In this document: positions 19,787 through 29,647 of the stretch, piece by piece | How the letters are laid out: each line of letters opens with the position of its first letter | How positions within the stretch are numbered: position 1 is the stretch's first letter | Source of the DNA: an uncultured bacterium | GTDB lineage: Bacteria > Chloroflexota > UBA5177 > JANWHV01 | Direction: 5' to 3' | Assembly (NCBI GenBank): GCA_963827235.1 | Contig: CAWHAE010000020.1 | Coordinates: 128,001-192,000 of the forward strand | Length of the DNA stretch: 64,000 nt | The notes under the pieces: model-generated | Seen by the model: the letters and a program-made list of their open reading frames with translations, nothing else | What the model was told of the DNA's origin: nothing | Databases searched by the model: none | Made by a program: the position numbers and the translations under genes

Positions 19787-20404
19787 ATGAGACAACCGGC
19801 AATCGTGGCGCCGACGTTTCTCGAGTTCGTTGCTGCGAAGACCCTGATGCCCGGTGCGGACGTGATCTGGTGTGGTGCCGGCTTGGCTCGGCGGCATCGC
19901 TGGGACACCGGCCGGCTCCACGTGCTATGCGGGCTGGCCGGCGGGTTGGCGGGCGACGTTCTTTCAGGCACCGTTCTCGTACCGTCCTCGGTCGGTCTTG
20001 CCGATGGGAGGTGCTTCGACTGCGACCGCGAAGCCGTGTCTGCATTGCGCGATGCGTTGGGGCGATCGCGAGTGCCGGTCGACCGCCGCCCGATGCTCAC
20101 CGCGGATCGTATGGTCGTTGGCGCCGCGCGCCGGGCCTGGGCGGATCGAGGCTTCGCGGGCGTCGACATGGAGACTGGCAAGCTGGCGGAAATGGGCGCG
20201 CGCGTGGCGACCATTAGGGTCGTCTTGGATAGCGCTGCGCGCGAGCTGTCCTCTGACTGGGAGCGGCCGCTGCACGCGCTGCGGCAGTACAGAGCATGGA
20301 AGGAGTTGAGCTGGCTCGCTCGCGCCGCGCCCCGCTACGCGTGGAGAGCGGCCGGCACGCTTCGGGAAGGCTGGGACACGTTGTCGGTGGACAGACGCCG
20401 GTAG
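19787..20404 (+). CDS. Nucleoside phosphorylase-like protein (HpnG-like)
   Basis: CGLAGGL, GVDMET, IRVVLD motifs of the PNP/MTAN fold; within hpn cluster; start uncertain. Confidence 0.65.
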   Translation: MRQPAIVAPTFLEFVAAKTLMPGADVIWCGAGLARRHRWDTGRLHVLCGLAGGLAGDVLSGTVLVPSSVGLADGRCFDCDREAVSALRDALGRSRVPVDRRPMLTADRMVVGAARRAWADRGFAGVDMETGKLAEMGARVATIRVVLDSAARELSSDWERPLHALRQYRAWKELSWLARAAPRYAWRAAGTLREGWDTLSVDRRR

Positions 20405-20419
20405 GAAGGATATTCTGCT

Positions 20420-21232
20420 TTGTCGATGCAAGATGACGCGCTCAACGTACTCAGAGAAACCAGCCGTACGTTTTCCATTCCAATCAGCAGACTGCCGGGC
20501 CAGCTGTACGAGGCAGTGATGTCCGGATACCTCTGCATGCGCGCGATCGATCAGGTGGAAGATCATCCCTCACTTGACAATCGCTCGAAAGCGGCAGTAC
20601 TGCGCGCCATCAGCCGTATCCTGCAGACGGATTTCAGAGCCAGCAGTTTCGACAGGGCGCTCGGCCAGTACCGGGCCGATCTGGAGCCTGTGACGCTGCG
20701 TGTCGGCGAGTGGGCTCTGCTCGCTCCGAGCGCGATCGCCCCGCGCGTCTGGGAGGCGACCGCAACCATGGCTGAGCGCATGGCGGGCTGGGCCGAGAGC
20801 GGATGGTGCATCGCTAACGAGGCCGATCTCGACCGGTACACGTTCGGCGTGGCAGGTTCGGTCGGCCTGCTGCTCTCCGATCTCTGGGCCTGGTACGACG
20901 GCACCAAGACGAACCGCGTGGAGGCGGTTGGGTTTGGCAGAGGTTTGCAGGCCGTGAACATTTTACGCAATCGGCCCGAGGATCTCGAGCGAGGAGTCGA
21001 CTTCTTCCCCGCCGGCTGGAGTGACGCCGACATGCACCTGTACGCCTTTCGCCAGCTGGCTCTGGCGGATTCCTACACCGGTGCCTTGCCTAGAGGGCCG
21101 GTTTTCGAGTTCTGCGCCATCCCGCTGGCACTGGCCAAGGCCACACTGACCGTGCTCGCCCAGGGAGAGTCGAAGCTGACACGCGACGACGTGCATCGCA
21201 CCGTGGAGGAAGCCCTTGAACGCGGGCGCTGA
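20420..21232 (+). CDS. Squalene/phytoene synthase family protein, single-enzyme squalene synthase type
   Basis: LRETSRTF.IPI, YLCMRAIDQVED, DLDRYTFGVAG, GRGLQAVNILRN..EDL.RGVDFFP; resembles cyanobacterial squalene synthase as recalled. Confidence 0.85.
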   Translation: MSMQDDALNVLRETSRTFSIPISRLPGQLYEAVMSGYLCMRAIDQVEDHPSLDNRSKAAVLRAISRILQTDFRASSFDRALGQYRADLEPVTLRVGEWALLAPSAIAPRVWEATATMAERMAGWAESGWCIANEADLDRYTFGVAGSVGLLLSDLWAWYDGTKTNRVEAVGFGRGLQAVNILRNRPEDLERGVDFFPAGWSDADMHLYAFRQLALADSYTGALPRGPVFEFCAIPLALAKATLTVLAQGESKLTRDDVHRTVEEALERGR

Positions 21233-21926
21233 GCCCCGCCTGTCGGTAGTCATTCCGGCCCGGAACGAGGAGGCGCTCGTCGAGCATGCCCTGGAGTCGG
21301 TGTGCCTGCAGACTACGCCTCTGGCCCAGCTCGAAGTCGTCGTCGTCGACAATGCGTCGACCGACGGCACCGCCGCCGCGGTCGAGCGGTTCCGAGCCTC
21401 GCGGCCCGAGCTCTACGTGCGCCTGACGTCCGAGGCGGCGGTCGGCGTGTCGCGAGCCAAGAACGCCGGTGCTCGGGCCGCCCGTGGTGAATGGATTATC
21501 TTTATGGACGCGGATTCGCGCATGGCCCCGGATCTCACCGCTCGCGTGCTCCGCGGCGCGGAGGCCGGGTACGCCGCCGGTAGCATCCGCGTCGTGGCCG
21601 ACTCGCAGGATCGACTGGATCGCGCCTTCTTCGGTCTGATGGAGTTCGGTAAGCGGCTGTTCTCGCACCAGGCCCAGATGTTCTTCTGCGGCCGCGAAGT
21701 CTTTCTGCGGCACGGCGGCTTCCGGGAAGAGCTTCGTCTGGCCGAGGACCGCGAGCTCTTGGCCCGCCTGCAACAGGCCGGCGTCCGGATGTGCCAGGTG
21801 AATGACAGCTGGATAGCGACGTCTCCTCGCCGGTTGCGGCGCCTGCCCATGCGGCTCAACATGCCCGTGATGTTTGTTCGCTGGGCACTGGCAAACTGGG
21901 GGATCGGCAGGACCTGGCGCTATTGA
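21216..21926 (+). CDS. GT2 glycosyltransferase
   Basis: SVVIPARNEE, VVDNASTD, FMDAD, AEDRE, TSPRR; overlaps the synthase stop. Confidence 0.88.
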   Translation: MNAGAEPRLSVVIPARNEEALVEHALESVCLQTTPLAQLEVVVVDNASTDGTAAAVERFRASRPELYVRLTSEAAVGVSRAKNAGARAARGEWIIFMDADSRMAPDLTARVLRGAEAGYAAGSIRVVADSQDRLDRAFFGLMEFGKRLFSHQAQMFFCGREVFLRHGGFREELRLAEDRELLARLQQAGVRMCQVNDSWIATSPRRLRRLPMRLNMPVMFVRWALANWGIGRTWRY

Positions 21927-22014
21927 TCGGCGCTCGAGCCTGCCCGCGGCATCCCGCACAGGGCAGCGCGGCAGGCAACTGAAGGCCGGAGATTCGCGGC
22001 GGGAATACTCTCCG

Positions 22015-23076
22015 TCACACGGTCTCGACGCCGGCCGTGGCCCGGACGAGCCTTCCGGGCTCGGCCAGGTCGCTCAGCGCCGAAGCACCGGTGCAGAACA
22101 TGCAGATACGAAGCTCCTCGGTCACCGCGAAGAGCTCGTCGTGGGCAGCCTCGGCGGACTCCGAGGCCGCGCGCAGGACGGGAGACGCCAGGCCTGCCAG
22201 CGTCGCGCCGAGCGCAACGGCCTTGGCGACGTCGACGCCGGAGCGCATGCCGCCGCTGGCGAAGACGGGCAGATGCGGAATCGCCCGACGTACCTGGATC
22301 AGGCATTCGGCCGTGCTGACGCCCCAACCGGCGAATGAGCCGGCGATGCGGCGGCGCAGCTCCGATGGAGCGCGGTGCCGCTCTACCTCACTCCATGACG
22401 TGCCGCCCGCGCCTGCGACGTCTATGGCGGCCACGCCGAGATCGGCGAGCTGGGCCGCCACGTCTGCCGTGATGCCCCAGCCGACTTCCTTGATCACCAC
22501 GGGCACGCGAAGCTCGCGGCAGACGGCGCCGATGCGCGCGGCGAGCCCGGCAAAGTTCGTGTTGCCTTCGGGCTGCAGCGCTTCCTGCAGCGGGTTCAGA
22601 TGAAGGAACAACGCGTCGGCGCCAACCATCTCCACCGCACGCAGACACTCTTCGACGCCGTAGCCGTAGTTGAGCTGAACGGCTCCCAGGTTGGCAAATA
22701 GGAGGATATCCGGCGCCAGGTCTCGCACGCGAAAATACGCTTCGGCGTCCGGTTTCTCCAGTGCTACCCTCTGCGAGCCCAACCCCATGGCCACATGCAG
22801 GCGCTGCGCCGCCCGGGCAAGGTTCTGATTGATCTCAAGCGCGCGCGGCACGCCTCCGGTCATGGATGAGATAAGCAGAGGAGAATCGAGCGGGTGGTCG
22901 AACACGCAGCACCGAGTAGAAACTGCCGCGAGGTCTATCTCCGGTAGGGCTCGATGCGCGAACCGGTAGGTGTCGAAGCCGCCGGACACACCCTTCCCCT
23001 GGACGTCCTCCTGCAGATTGATGCGGATGTGCTCGAGTTTGCGCTGTTCAGTCGGCGAATTGCTGTCGGTGGCCAC
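22015..23076 (-). CDS. fni: Type 2 isopentenyl-diphosphate delta-isomerase
   Basis: RKLEHI, SSMTGG, GSQR, HLNPLQE, KEVGWG, GAGGTSW, ASGGMR. Start GTG 23076. Confidence 0.94.
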   Translation of the reverse strand: MATDSNSPTEQRKLEHIRINLQEDVQGKGVSGGFDTYRFAHRALPEIDLAAVSTRCCVFDHPLDSPLLISSMTGGVPRALEINQNLARAAQRLHVAMGLGSQRVALEKPDAEAYFRVRDLAPDILLFANLGAVQLNYGYGVEECLRAVEMVGADALFLHLNPLQEALQPEGNTNFAGLAARIGAVCRELRVPVVIKEVGWGITADVAAQLADLGVAAIDVAGAGGTSWSEVERHRAPSELRRRIAGSFAGWGVSTAECLIQVRRAIPHLPVFASGGMRSGVDVAKAVALGATLAGLASPVLRAASESAEAAHDELFAVTEELRICMFCTGASALSDLAEPGRLVRATAGVETV

Positions 23077-23312
23077 ATTTCCCTCGATGAGCAGTGTAGC
23101 AAATCCATCTGCAAGGCCACTCGGCGCAACCGAGGTCACCCCGGCTGTCGTGCCCGTCCCGCTGCGGCGTATGCTCCGGTCGCGGTCCGTGTTCCTTCGA
23201 CGACGAGTGTTGGTTGGCAGAGCGCCATATTGAGGTCACGACAAGAGCTGCACGCTGCAAGGATGCCCCGGGACTCATACCTGGGTTGCTCACAGCCCGC
23301 CGGGCGCCGAAT

Positions 23313-23711
23313 TCATTTCACCTCTGCGAGTCTCACCGACTCTTGAGTATCGGTCGCCCGCTCACCGTGCAGCGGCGGGATCACGACGGACCAGTCTCGC
23401 AGCGATGCCACGACTGCATCGAGCAGTCCCGGATACCGTGCTTCGAGGTCCGCCCTGCGCAGGCTCGAGTAGCGATGCACGCCGGACACCCGCGTGCTGA
23501 TCACACCCGCCTCGCGTAGCACTCGCAGATGGTGCGACAACGTGGACTTGCTGCACTCGACGCCCACGTGATCGCGCAGATCGTTGCAGGAGGTCTCCCC
23601 ACGCTCGGCCAGGCTGCGCACGCAGGCCAGCCGATACGGGTCCGCGAGCGCGGCAAGTATGGTAGAGAGGTCGATCTCCTCGCGCTCCGGTTGCTCCAGC
23701 TCACCGCTCAT
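23313..23711 (-). CDS. ArsR/SmtB family transcriptional regulator
   Basis: ALADPYRL, KSTLSHHLRVLREAG, LEARYPGLL. Confidence 0.9.
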   Translation of the reverse strand: MSGELEQPEREEIDLSTILAALADPYRLACVRSLAERGETSCNDLRDHVGVECSKSTLSHHLRVLREAGVISTRVSGVHRYSSLRRADLEARYPGLLDAVVASLRDWSVVIPPLHGERATDTQESVRLAEVK

Positions 23712-23717
23712 GCGTAA

Positions 23718-23763
23718 AGTATAGCACTAACGTTGTCGAACAGTTCGATGGCTGTCGTATAAT
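23718..23763. promoter_or_regulatory. Divergent arsR/MFS control region
   Basis: Minus-strand TATACT (23718-23723) 6 nt before the arsR ATG; palindrome TCGAAC-A-GTTCGA 23736-23748; plus-strand TATAAT 23758-23763. Confidence 0.6.
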
Positions 23764-23809
23764 GCATGTACGGTCGAACTATCTGGAGACAAGCGAGTGG
23801 GGACAGTAC

Positions 23810-25327
23810 ATGAGTGCACAGTACGCGGGCGGCAAGACGTTCGGGCGTGAGCAGGGACTGGATCCCGGCGATCGGCGCCGTTGGAGACAACTGCCGATTG
23901 TGCTCACGGCGACGTTCATGGCGCTGTTCGATTTCTTCGTGGTAAACGTGGCCGCGCCATCCATCCAGCGCGATCTGAATGCCTCCACCGCCGCGCTGCA
24001 GCTCGTGGTAGGCGGCTATGCCTTCACTTATGCGGCCACGCTGATCACTGGCGGCCGCCTTGGTGATCGTTTCGGATACCGCTCGCTGTTCGTACTGGGC
24101 ATGGCGGCATTCGTGCTTGCCTCGGCCATCTGCGGATTCGCTCAGACGGCCAGCCAGCTCATCGCCGCGCGATTGTTTCAGGGTCTGGCCGCGGCAGCGA
24201 TGGTGCCTCAAGTGCTGGCCCTGATCACGGCGTCCTTCCCGGTGGGCGAGCGCCCACGGGCGCTGGGCTGGTTTGGCGCCACCATCGGCCTCGGATCGAT
24301 CGCCGGTCAGGTCCTGGGCGGTGTGCTGCTGCAGGCGAATCTGCTTGGGCTGGGCTGGCGCGCCATCTTCCTGGTCAACGTGCCCATTGGTCTGGTGGCA
24401 GTCTTGCTGGCGGTTCGGCTGCTTCCCGACCTGCGCTCGTCGCAGCAGGCGCGGCTGGATCTGACCGGTATGGTGGCGATCTCCGGATCGCTCGCTCTGG
24501 CCCTGGTGCCGTTGACCATCGGGCGTGAGGAGGGCTGGCCGCTCTGGGCACTTGCCATGCTCGCGGCGTCGGTACCGTCTCTCGCGGTTGCCACGGGGTA
24601 TGAGGGATGGCTGGCGGGCAGAGGCGGCCATCCCTTGATGCATCTCGACTTGTTCCGCCGGCGCACGTTCACGGCCGGGCTGGCGATATGCATGGCCGTC
24701 TACGTCTACTTCGGGAGTTTCATGCTTGGTCTGGCCCTGTTTCTACAGGCGGGCCTGCACTACTCGGCGCTCGACGCCGGCTTGACATTTGCGCCGGTCG
24801 GCATAGGCTTCGCCGCCAGCTCCCTGCTGGTCCGCCCGTTCATCGCCAGGCACGGCGCTTTCGTCGTCGCCTGCGGGCTGGCGAGCACGACCATTGGCCT
24901 GCTCGGCACGCTGATCACCCTGCACCTCGCCGCCAGTGCCATACACGCGGCGTGGCTGCTGCCGTGGTTCGTAATGTCCGGCCTGGGTAACGGCTGCGCC
25001 ATGCCGTCGTTGATCGGCGTCGTCCTGACGGGTGTGCCGGTACACAAAGCCGGCGGCGCATCGGGCACGTTGGTCTCGAGCCAGCAGTTTGCCAGCGCGA
25101 TTGGCGTGGCCGGGCTTGGCGAAGTGTTCTTCGGTGTGCTTGGCGCGCACCCCACGCTCGACCGCTACGTCATGGCGACGCAGGACGTGCTGTTGCTCGA
25201 TTGCGGTCTGGTGGCGCTGGCGCTGGGTTTGACGCGCCTGCTTCCGCGTGCCTCGGCAGCGGCAACGGTTGCCGCGAAGGCTGCATTTGCCGTGGTCGGT
25301 GAAGACAGCGAGAGCGGAGCAGCGTGA
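23810..25327 (+). CDS. MFS transporter, DHA2 (14-TM) family
   Basis: DFFVVNVAAPSI, GGRLGDRFGYR, WRAIFLVNVPIG; divergent from ArsR. Confidence 0.92.
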   Translation: MSAQYAGGKTFGREQGLDPGDRRRWRQLPIVLTATFMALFDFFVVNVAAPSIQRDLNASTAALQLVVGGYAFTYAATLITGGRLGDRFGYRSLFVLGMAAFVLASAICGFAQTASQLIAARLFQGLAAAAMVPQVLALITASFPVGERPRALGWFGATIGLGSIAGQVLGGVLLQANLLGLGWRAIFLVNVPIGLVAVLLAVRLLPDLRSSQQARLDLTGMVAISGSLALALVPLTIGREEGWPLWALAMLAASVPSLAVATGYEGWLAGRGGHPLMHLDLFRRRTFTAGLAICMAVYVYFGSFMLGLALFLQAGLHYSALDAGLTFAPVGIGFAASSLLVRPFIARHGAFVVACGLASTTIGLLGTLITLHLAASAIHAAWLLPWFVMSGLGNGCAMPSLIGVVLTGVPVHKAGGASGTLVSSQQFASAIGVAGLGEVFFGVLGAHPTLDRYVMATQDVLLLDCGLVALALGLTRLLPRASAAATVAAKAAFAVVGEDSESGAA

Positions 25328-25343
25328 GCCAGCTAGGGCCAGT

Positions 25344-26840
25344 CTAGCCGATCACGCGGTGATAGAGCCATTGCTGCCGGGCGATCGCCGGCTGGTAGGT
25401 GGCGTGCCGGGCGCCGTCGGGCAGGTAGGTCGCTCCGTCGGCGGCCGGCAGCGCCTCGATTGCGCTGAGCGCGCCGATCGCGCGCAGCGCCAGCAGCGCC
25501 GCTCCACGGCTCGTGGCCTCGGATTCGGCAGAGGCCACTACCGGCCGGCCGAGAACGTCCGCCATGATTTGCATCCACGCCGGCGAACGGAGCAGGGCCC
25601 CTCCGGTGGCAACCAGGCGGTGCCGGCACTCCGCGCGGTTGCAGAGGCGTTGCTGGATAGCGGCGAAGCGGTAAGCCACCGCTTCCAGACTGGCGCGCAG
25701 AATCTCGACCGGCGTCGTCGCCAGAGTCAGTCCGTGAATGGTTGCCTGCACGTTGCCGGCCCAGTCCGGACTGCGCTCGCCGGCGAAGAACGGCAGGACC
25801 GTCAGCCCATGACCGTCTGGCGGAGACGCCGCGAGCGCCGCTTCCGTCGCCTCGGCGTCGGGCAGGCTCTCCGTGCGGCGAAGCCAGGCGTAGACGTTAC
25901 CGCCCTCACTGGTAGCTCCGCCCACCAGTGCGCGGTGCCGGTCCACCCTGTAGCAGAATAGACCCGGCGGCACCTCGTCCACGTCGGGCTGCACAACGCG
26001 TACGGCGCCCGTGGTACCGACCGTGAGGGCAACGCGGTCGTGGGCGGTGCAGCCGCTGCCGACGTTTGCCGCCGCGCCGTCGCCGATGGCGGGGAACCAC
26101 GGGATGTCGCGCAAGGCCGGCCATCGCGCGGCGTATGGCCCGGTCAGACCCCGTAGAGGCTCGTCGGCATCGACCAGCGGCGACAGGCGCTGCTCGTCGA
26201 CACCCAGTACGTCGAGGAGTGGCTTGTCCCAGGTGAGCTGGCGCCTGTCGAGCAGCCCGCTCCATGAAGCAACCGATAAGCTGGCGCGACAACGGCCAAA
26301 CAGCTTGGTTTCCAGGTATTCGCCCAGGCTGATCCAGCGTGCCGTCGCCCGCCAGACGTCCGGCCTCACGCGCCGCAGCCAGGCTAGCCGCGCGGGCCAG
26401 TAGCTGGTTCGCAGCATGCAGCCGGTCCGTTCGTGGACGGAACCCTCGTCGAGTGAGGCACGCAACGAATCCGCATCGGCCGTGTTGCGCGTGTCGGCGT
26501 AGCTGATCATGGGTGTCAGCGGTCGTCCACCGGCGTCGACTGCCAGGAGATTGGAGACGAGGGTATCGGCCGCCACGGCGCCGATCTGCCCGGCCAGCCG
26601 CCCGGCCCGACTCAGTACCGCGTCCACGCACCGGGCCGTGCGCTCGATGGCGGCGTCCGGGTCGTCCTCGGCGGTGCCGTCGGCGGCCGTGCGCATCTCG
26701 TACCGTTCCTGAGCTGCCATCCCGTCGATGGCCAGGCCGGATGCGTCGTAAAGCAAGACGCGTGCCGAGGACGAGCCGATGTCGATGGCCAGGACCAGTG
26801 GTGGCCTGGCGGTCGGGCCGGTTGCTCCATGCGTGTCCAT
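25344..26840 (-). CDS. Gluconokinase, FGGY carbohydrate kinase family
   Basis: AIDIGSSS, SYADTR, GDGAAANVGSG, TVGTTGAVR, LPFFAGERSP, LEAVAYR. Confidence 0.85.
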   Translation of the reverse strand: MDTHGATGPTARPPLVLAIDIGSSSARVLLYDASGLAIDGMAAQERYEMRTAADGTAEDDPDAAIERTARCVDAVLSRAGRLAGQIGAVAADTLVSNLLAVDAGGRPLTPMISYADTRNTADADSLRASLDEGSVHERTGCMLRTSYWPARLAWLRRVRPDVWRATARWISLGEYLETKLFGRCRASLSVASWSGLLDRRQLTWDKPLLDVLGVDEQRLSPLVDADEPLRGLTGPYAARWPALRDIPWFPAIGDGAAANVGSGCTAHDRVALTVGTTGAVRVVQPDVDEVPPGLFCYRVDRHRALVGGATSEGGNVYAWLRRTESLPDAEATEAALAASPPDGHGLTVLPFFAGERSPDWAGNVQATIHGLTLATTPVEILRASLEAVAYRFAAIQQRLCNRAECRHRLVATGGALLRSPAWMQIMADVLGRPVVASAESEATSRGAALLALRAIGALSAIEALPAADGATYLPDGARHATYQPAIARQQWLYHRVIG

Positions 26841-27261
26841 TGCCTGGCCCTCCTCCGTGCCGATAGCCGGCCGTTCTGGCGGTTCGTATGGCGGCTATTG
26901 AGAACCTGTTGTCGTAGGCCGCCCGACCGCCACATCCACCACCAGAGAAAGCGTACAATATCTTGCGCGTTGGAGGCACGCAGGCAGCGTGCACGGGAGG
27001 ACCTGAAATCTGTAGTCCGGCGCCCGGGTGCGCCGATCCTGGCACCGCGGTCGCCTCGAGCGTGCCCGGCATGCTGCCATTGTCGCGAGACAACAAGCCG
27101 GGCCATCGCAATGCCCGGGCAGGCCCCGCGTACACCGTGTCGAAGCCTCCGGACATCTCCTCGTGACCAGGCGCGGTCGAGTCGCGCCGCCGTCCCCTGA
27201 CCAGGCACGATGTAGGTGTGACCCCTGGCTGCCGCCGTAGTCGGTCTGTCGCGGCTGACGC

Positions 27262-28308
27262 TCAGCCGGCAGCGCCGTGTGAGCTCTCCAGAATGGCGCC
27301 GCCGATGCCGACTACGATGCAGGTGCCGGTGCCGGTGCAGCTTATGCCTCGCAACATGCTGCGAGTGTTCGGGGAGCCGTCGCGCCAAGTTGCTCCGCCG
27401 TCCGAGCTGGTCAGGACAAGGCCCTTCACCGTCGCCTTGCTCGTGGGATCCGTGTCCGTGATGGCGCCGGCCACGAGGCAGGCACGATCCGTCGCGCACG
27501 CTACGCCCGTAAGCGGGCTGCCGGTGCCGGAGGTACGGCGATGCCAGCTGGCACCTCCGTCCGCGGACGTCACGATCGTGCCGAGATCACCCACGGCGAG
27601 ACACAGCCTTCTGGTCGGGCAGGCGACGGCGTACAAGCTTCCGGAGTAGTCGCTGCCGCCGCCGGAAGACCGGCTGCGCCAAGTCTGGCCGCCGTCCTCG
27701 GTGGTCACGACGACACCATTCACTCCGGCGGCGACACAGGTGCTGGCGGTCGGGCAGGCGACGCCGAGCGGCGGCATGGCGGTTCCGGAGGGATAGCTCT
27801 GCCATGTCATGCCGCCGTCGACACTGCTCAAGATCGGCCCGGCGCCGGCGACGAGACACGCCTTGGCGGTTGGACACGATACGGCGTCCAGGTCGTAGCC
27901 GGAAGCGGCAGGACGGCTCGTCCAGGTGATGCCGCCGTCCTTGCTGGCCGCCATGCTGCCCTTGCTTCCCACGGCCAGGCAGCTTGTTCTAGTCATGCAG
28001 GCGACGCCTTCCAGGTCGTCGCGCGTGCCGGACCGGCGGCTCTGCCAGGTGGCGCCGCCATCCGTGCTGGCCACGATGGTTCCCTTGACGCCTACCGCTA
28101 TGCAGTCCGCGTTGGTCGGACAGGTTATGCTTCGCAGGTCGTTCGTGGTGCCGGACCGGCGGCTCTGCCAGTGGAGTGAGCCGGCCCCCTGCGCGGTGCC
28201 CGCGCCGATCGGGAGCAGGCTGGGCAAGATCGCGGCAATGAGCACGCGTCGCCACCCGCGGGGTCGCCGCTGGCTGCGCGGCAGTGCGCGGGTATTTCGG
28301 TCTATCAC
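27262..28308 (-). CDS. Secreted Asp-box (YCF48/BNR-like) beta-propeller protein with Cys-paired blades
   Basis: Signal peptide; seven repeats of C-x5-C-x-A-x-G, most followed by S/T-x-DGG-x-T/S-W. Confidence 0.8.
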   Translation of the reverse strand: MIDRNTRALPRSQRRPRGWRRVLIAAILPSLLPIGAGTAQGAGSLHWQSRRSGTTNDLRSITCPTNADCIAVGVKGTIVASTDGGATWQSRRSGTRDDLEGVACMTRTSCLAVGSKGSMAASKDGGITWTSRPAASGYDLDAVSCPTAKACLVAGAGPILSSVDGGMTWQSYPSGTAMPPLGVACPTASTCVAAGVNGVVVTTEDGGQTWRSRSSGGGSDYSGSLYAVACPTRRLCLAVGDLGTIVTSADGGASWHRRTSGTGSPLTGVACATDRACLVAGAITDTDPTSKATVKGLVLTSSDGGATWRDGSPNTRSMLRGISCTGTGTCIVVGIGGAILESSHGAAG

Positions 28309-28350
28309 AGTGTTCCATCCATTTCAGTTCATCTGCCTGCAACCACGCGC

Positions 28351-29634
28351 CTACTGGGTCTTCACCTGGAATGACCACTGCAGTTCGGCCTGGCCGGGCT
28401 GGCTGATGCGTACGGTGTAGGTTCCGCCGGTCAAGGGCTGCGCAGGGATGAGAAAGACGAGCTTCTCGTTTCGCATATCGCGTCGATTGGCCGTCTGCTC
28501 CGCTGCGTCCGCCGCCTTGAACGTCGTGTCGTCCACGACGCAGAAAGTGCCGCTACCGCTGGACTCGCGCAGGCCCGACGAACCGCTTATGCTTGCCCTC
28601 AGCGACTGGCTCGGAGGTTGAGCGAGCCGGACGATCAGCGGCAAGCCGGCCTTCCTGTCCTGCCAGCCGCAGGTGAGCAGAGGATCCGGGGCTTCGGTGC
28701 TGAGCATGTGCGTGAGGTTGGTGGTCATGCCCGGGGCGGGAAGGAAGATCGGCTTCGTGGTCCTGCTTAGAGCGAAGTCATAGCCGTCCCAGACGTCCAG
28801 CCCGCCGATCCCCGCCGCCGGATCGTAGGCAAAGGCGACGGAGCGGAGACGCGGGTCGAGCATGACCTGGCCGTGAAACGGCGCCGTGAGCCAAACGTCG
28901 ATCACATACACGTCTGTGTACTTGACATAATCGGATACCAGGTTGCTGTCCTCAACCGCTTCTCCATCCTTGGTGTAATACGGACTGGCGGGATTCTCCG
29001 TGTGCGGTGACGCATAGTCGCCCGTGCGATAACGCGCCGGGGTATTGGCGAGATAACGTATGTGATGCTGCAAGCCAAGGTTCCACGCGGGCTGGTTGGT
29101 CAGCGGCGCCACCCCGGCTGCCCTGCGGTACCGGTTGATCTCCGCCAGCCAGGCAGGCTCGGGTGCGGCGACGGTGAAGGTCGTGCGCAGCGCTTCGCGG
29201 TCCTGAATGAAGAGCCTCGCGCTGTAGGAGCCGGCCGCGTACGTGGTGCCGCGGTGCGGCGCCAGTTTCTTCATGAACATGCCGTTCACGTACCTGCCGG
29301 TGAATCGTGCGTCATAAGCATAGAGCTTGCCGGACGCGTCGTATACGGCCAGCTGGAACTTCGTCGCGTTGACAGTGGCATTCGCATATGCGAAATAGAA
29401 GGCGACCAGCGTGGTTCCTGGCGGGAACATCGCTGTCTGTGCGGGCGGCGTCGTCGTAGTGCTGGCCACCCAGCTCTTGTAGGCATCGACCGTCGCCGTG
29501 TAGAACACGTGCGCTGTGGGGGCAGCATCCGGCGCAGCGGCTGCAGCCGTATTGGACAGCATGCCGCAGAACACCAGGAGCGCGATCAGGACCAGCGAGG
29601 AGGCACGTCGCGTGAAGGAGTCGCGGCCATTCAT
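28351..29634 (-). CDS. Secreted CAP/SCP-domain protein
   Basis: Signal peptide; INRYRRAAGVAPL, HHIRYL, PHTE, WLTAPFHGQVML. Confidence 0.75.
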   Translation of the reverse strand: MNGRDSFTRRASSLVLIALLVFCGMLSNTAAAAAPDAAPTAHVFYTATVDAYKSWVASTTTTPPAQTAMFPPGTTLVAFYFAYANATVNATKFQLAVYDASGKLYAYDARFTGRYVNGMFMKKLAPHRGTTYAAGSYSARLFIQDREALRTTFTVAAPEPAWLAEINRYRRAAGVAPLTNQPAWNLGLQHHIRYLANTPARYRTGDYASPHTENPASPYYTKDGEAVEDSNLVSDYVKYTDVYVIDVWLTAPFHGQVMLDPRLRSVAFAYDPAAGIGGLDVWDGYDFALSRTTKPIFLPAPGMTTNLTHMLSTEAPDPLLTCGWQDRKAGLPLIVRLAQPPSQSLRASISGSSGLRESSGSGTFCVVDDTTFKAADAAEQTANRRDMRNEKLVFLIPAQPLTGGTYTVRISQPGQAELQWSFQVKTQ

Positions 29635-29647
29635 CGTCACATCCCAC

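Noticed and set aside
10233-19921. Long antisense ORFs (10233..12017, 13828..15477, 17717..19921) and alternative-frame 15404..16792
   Set aside because: They overlap motif-rich genes and have no recognisable motifs; typical high-GC shadows.
23736-23748. Second LexA box (GAAC..GTTC)
   Set aside because: The spacer is 1 nt rather than 4; better explained as the ArsR operator.
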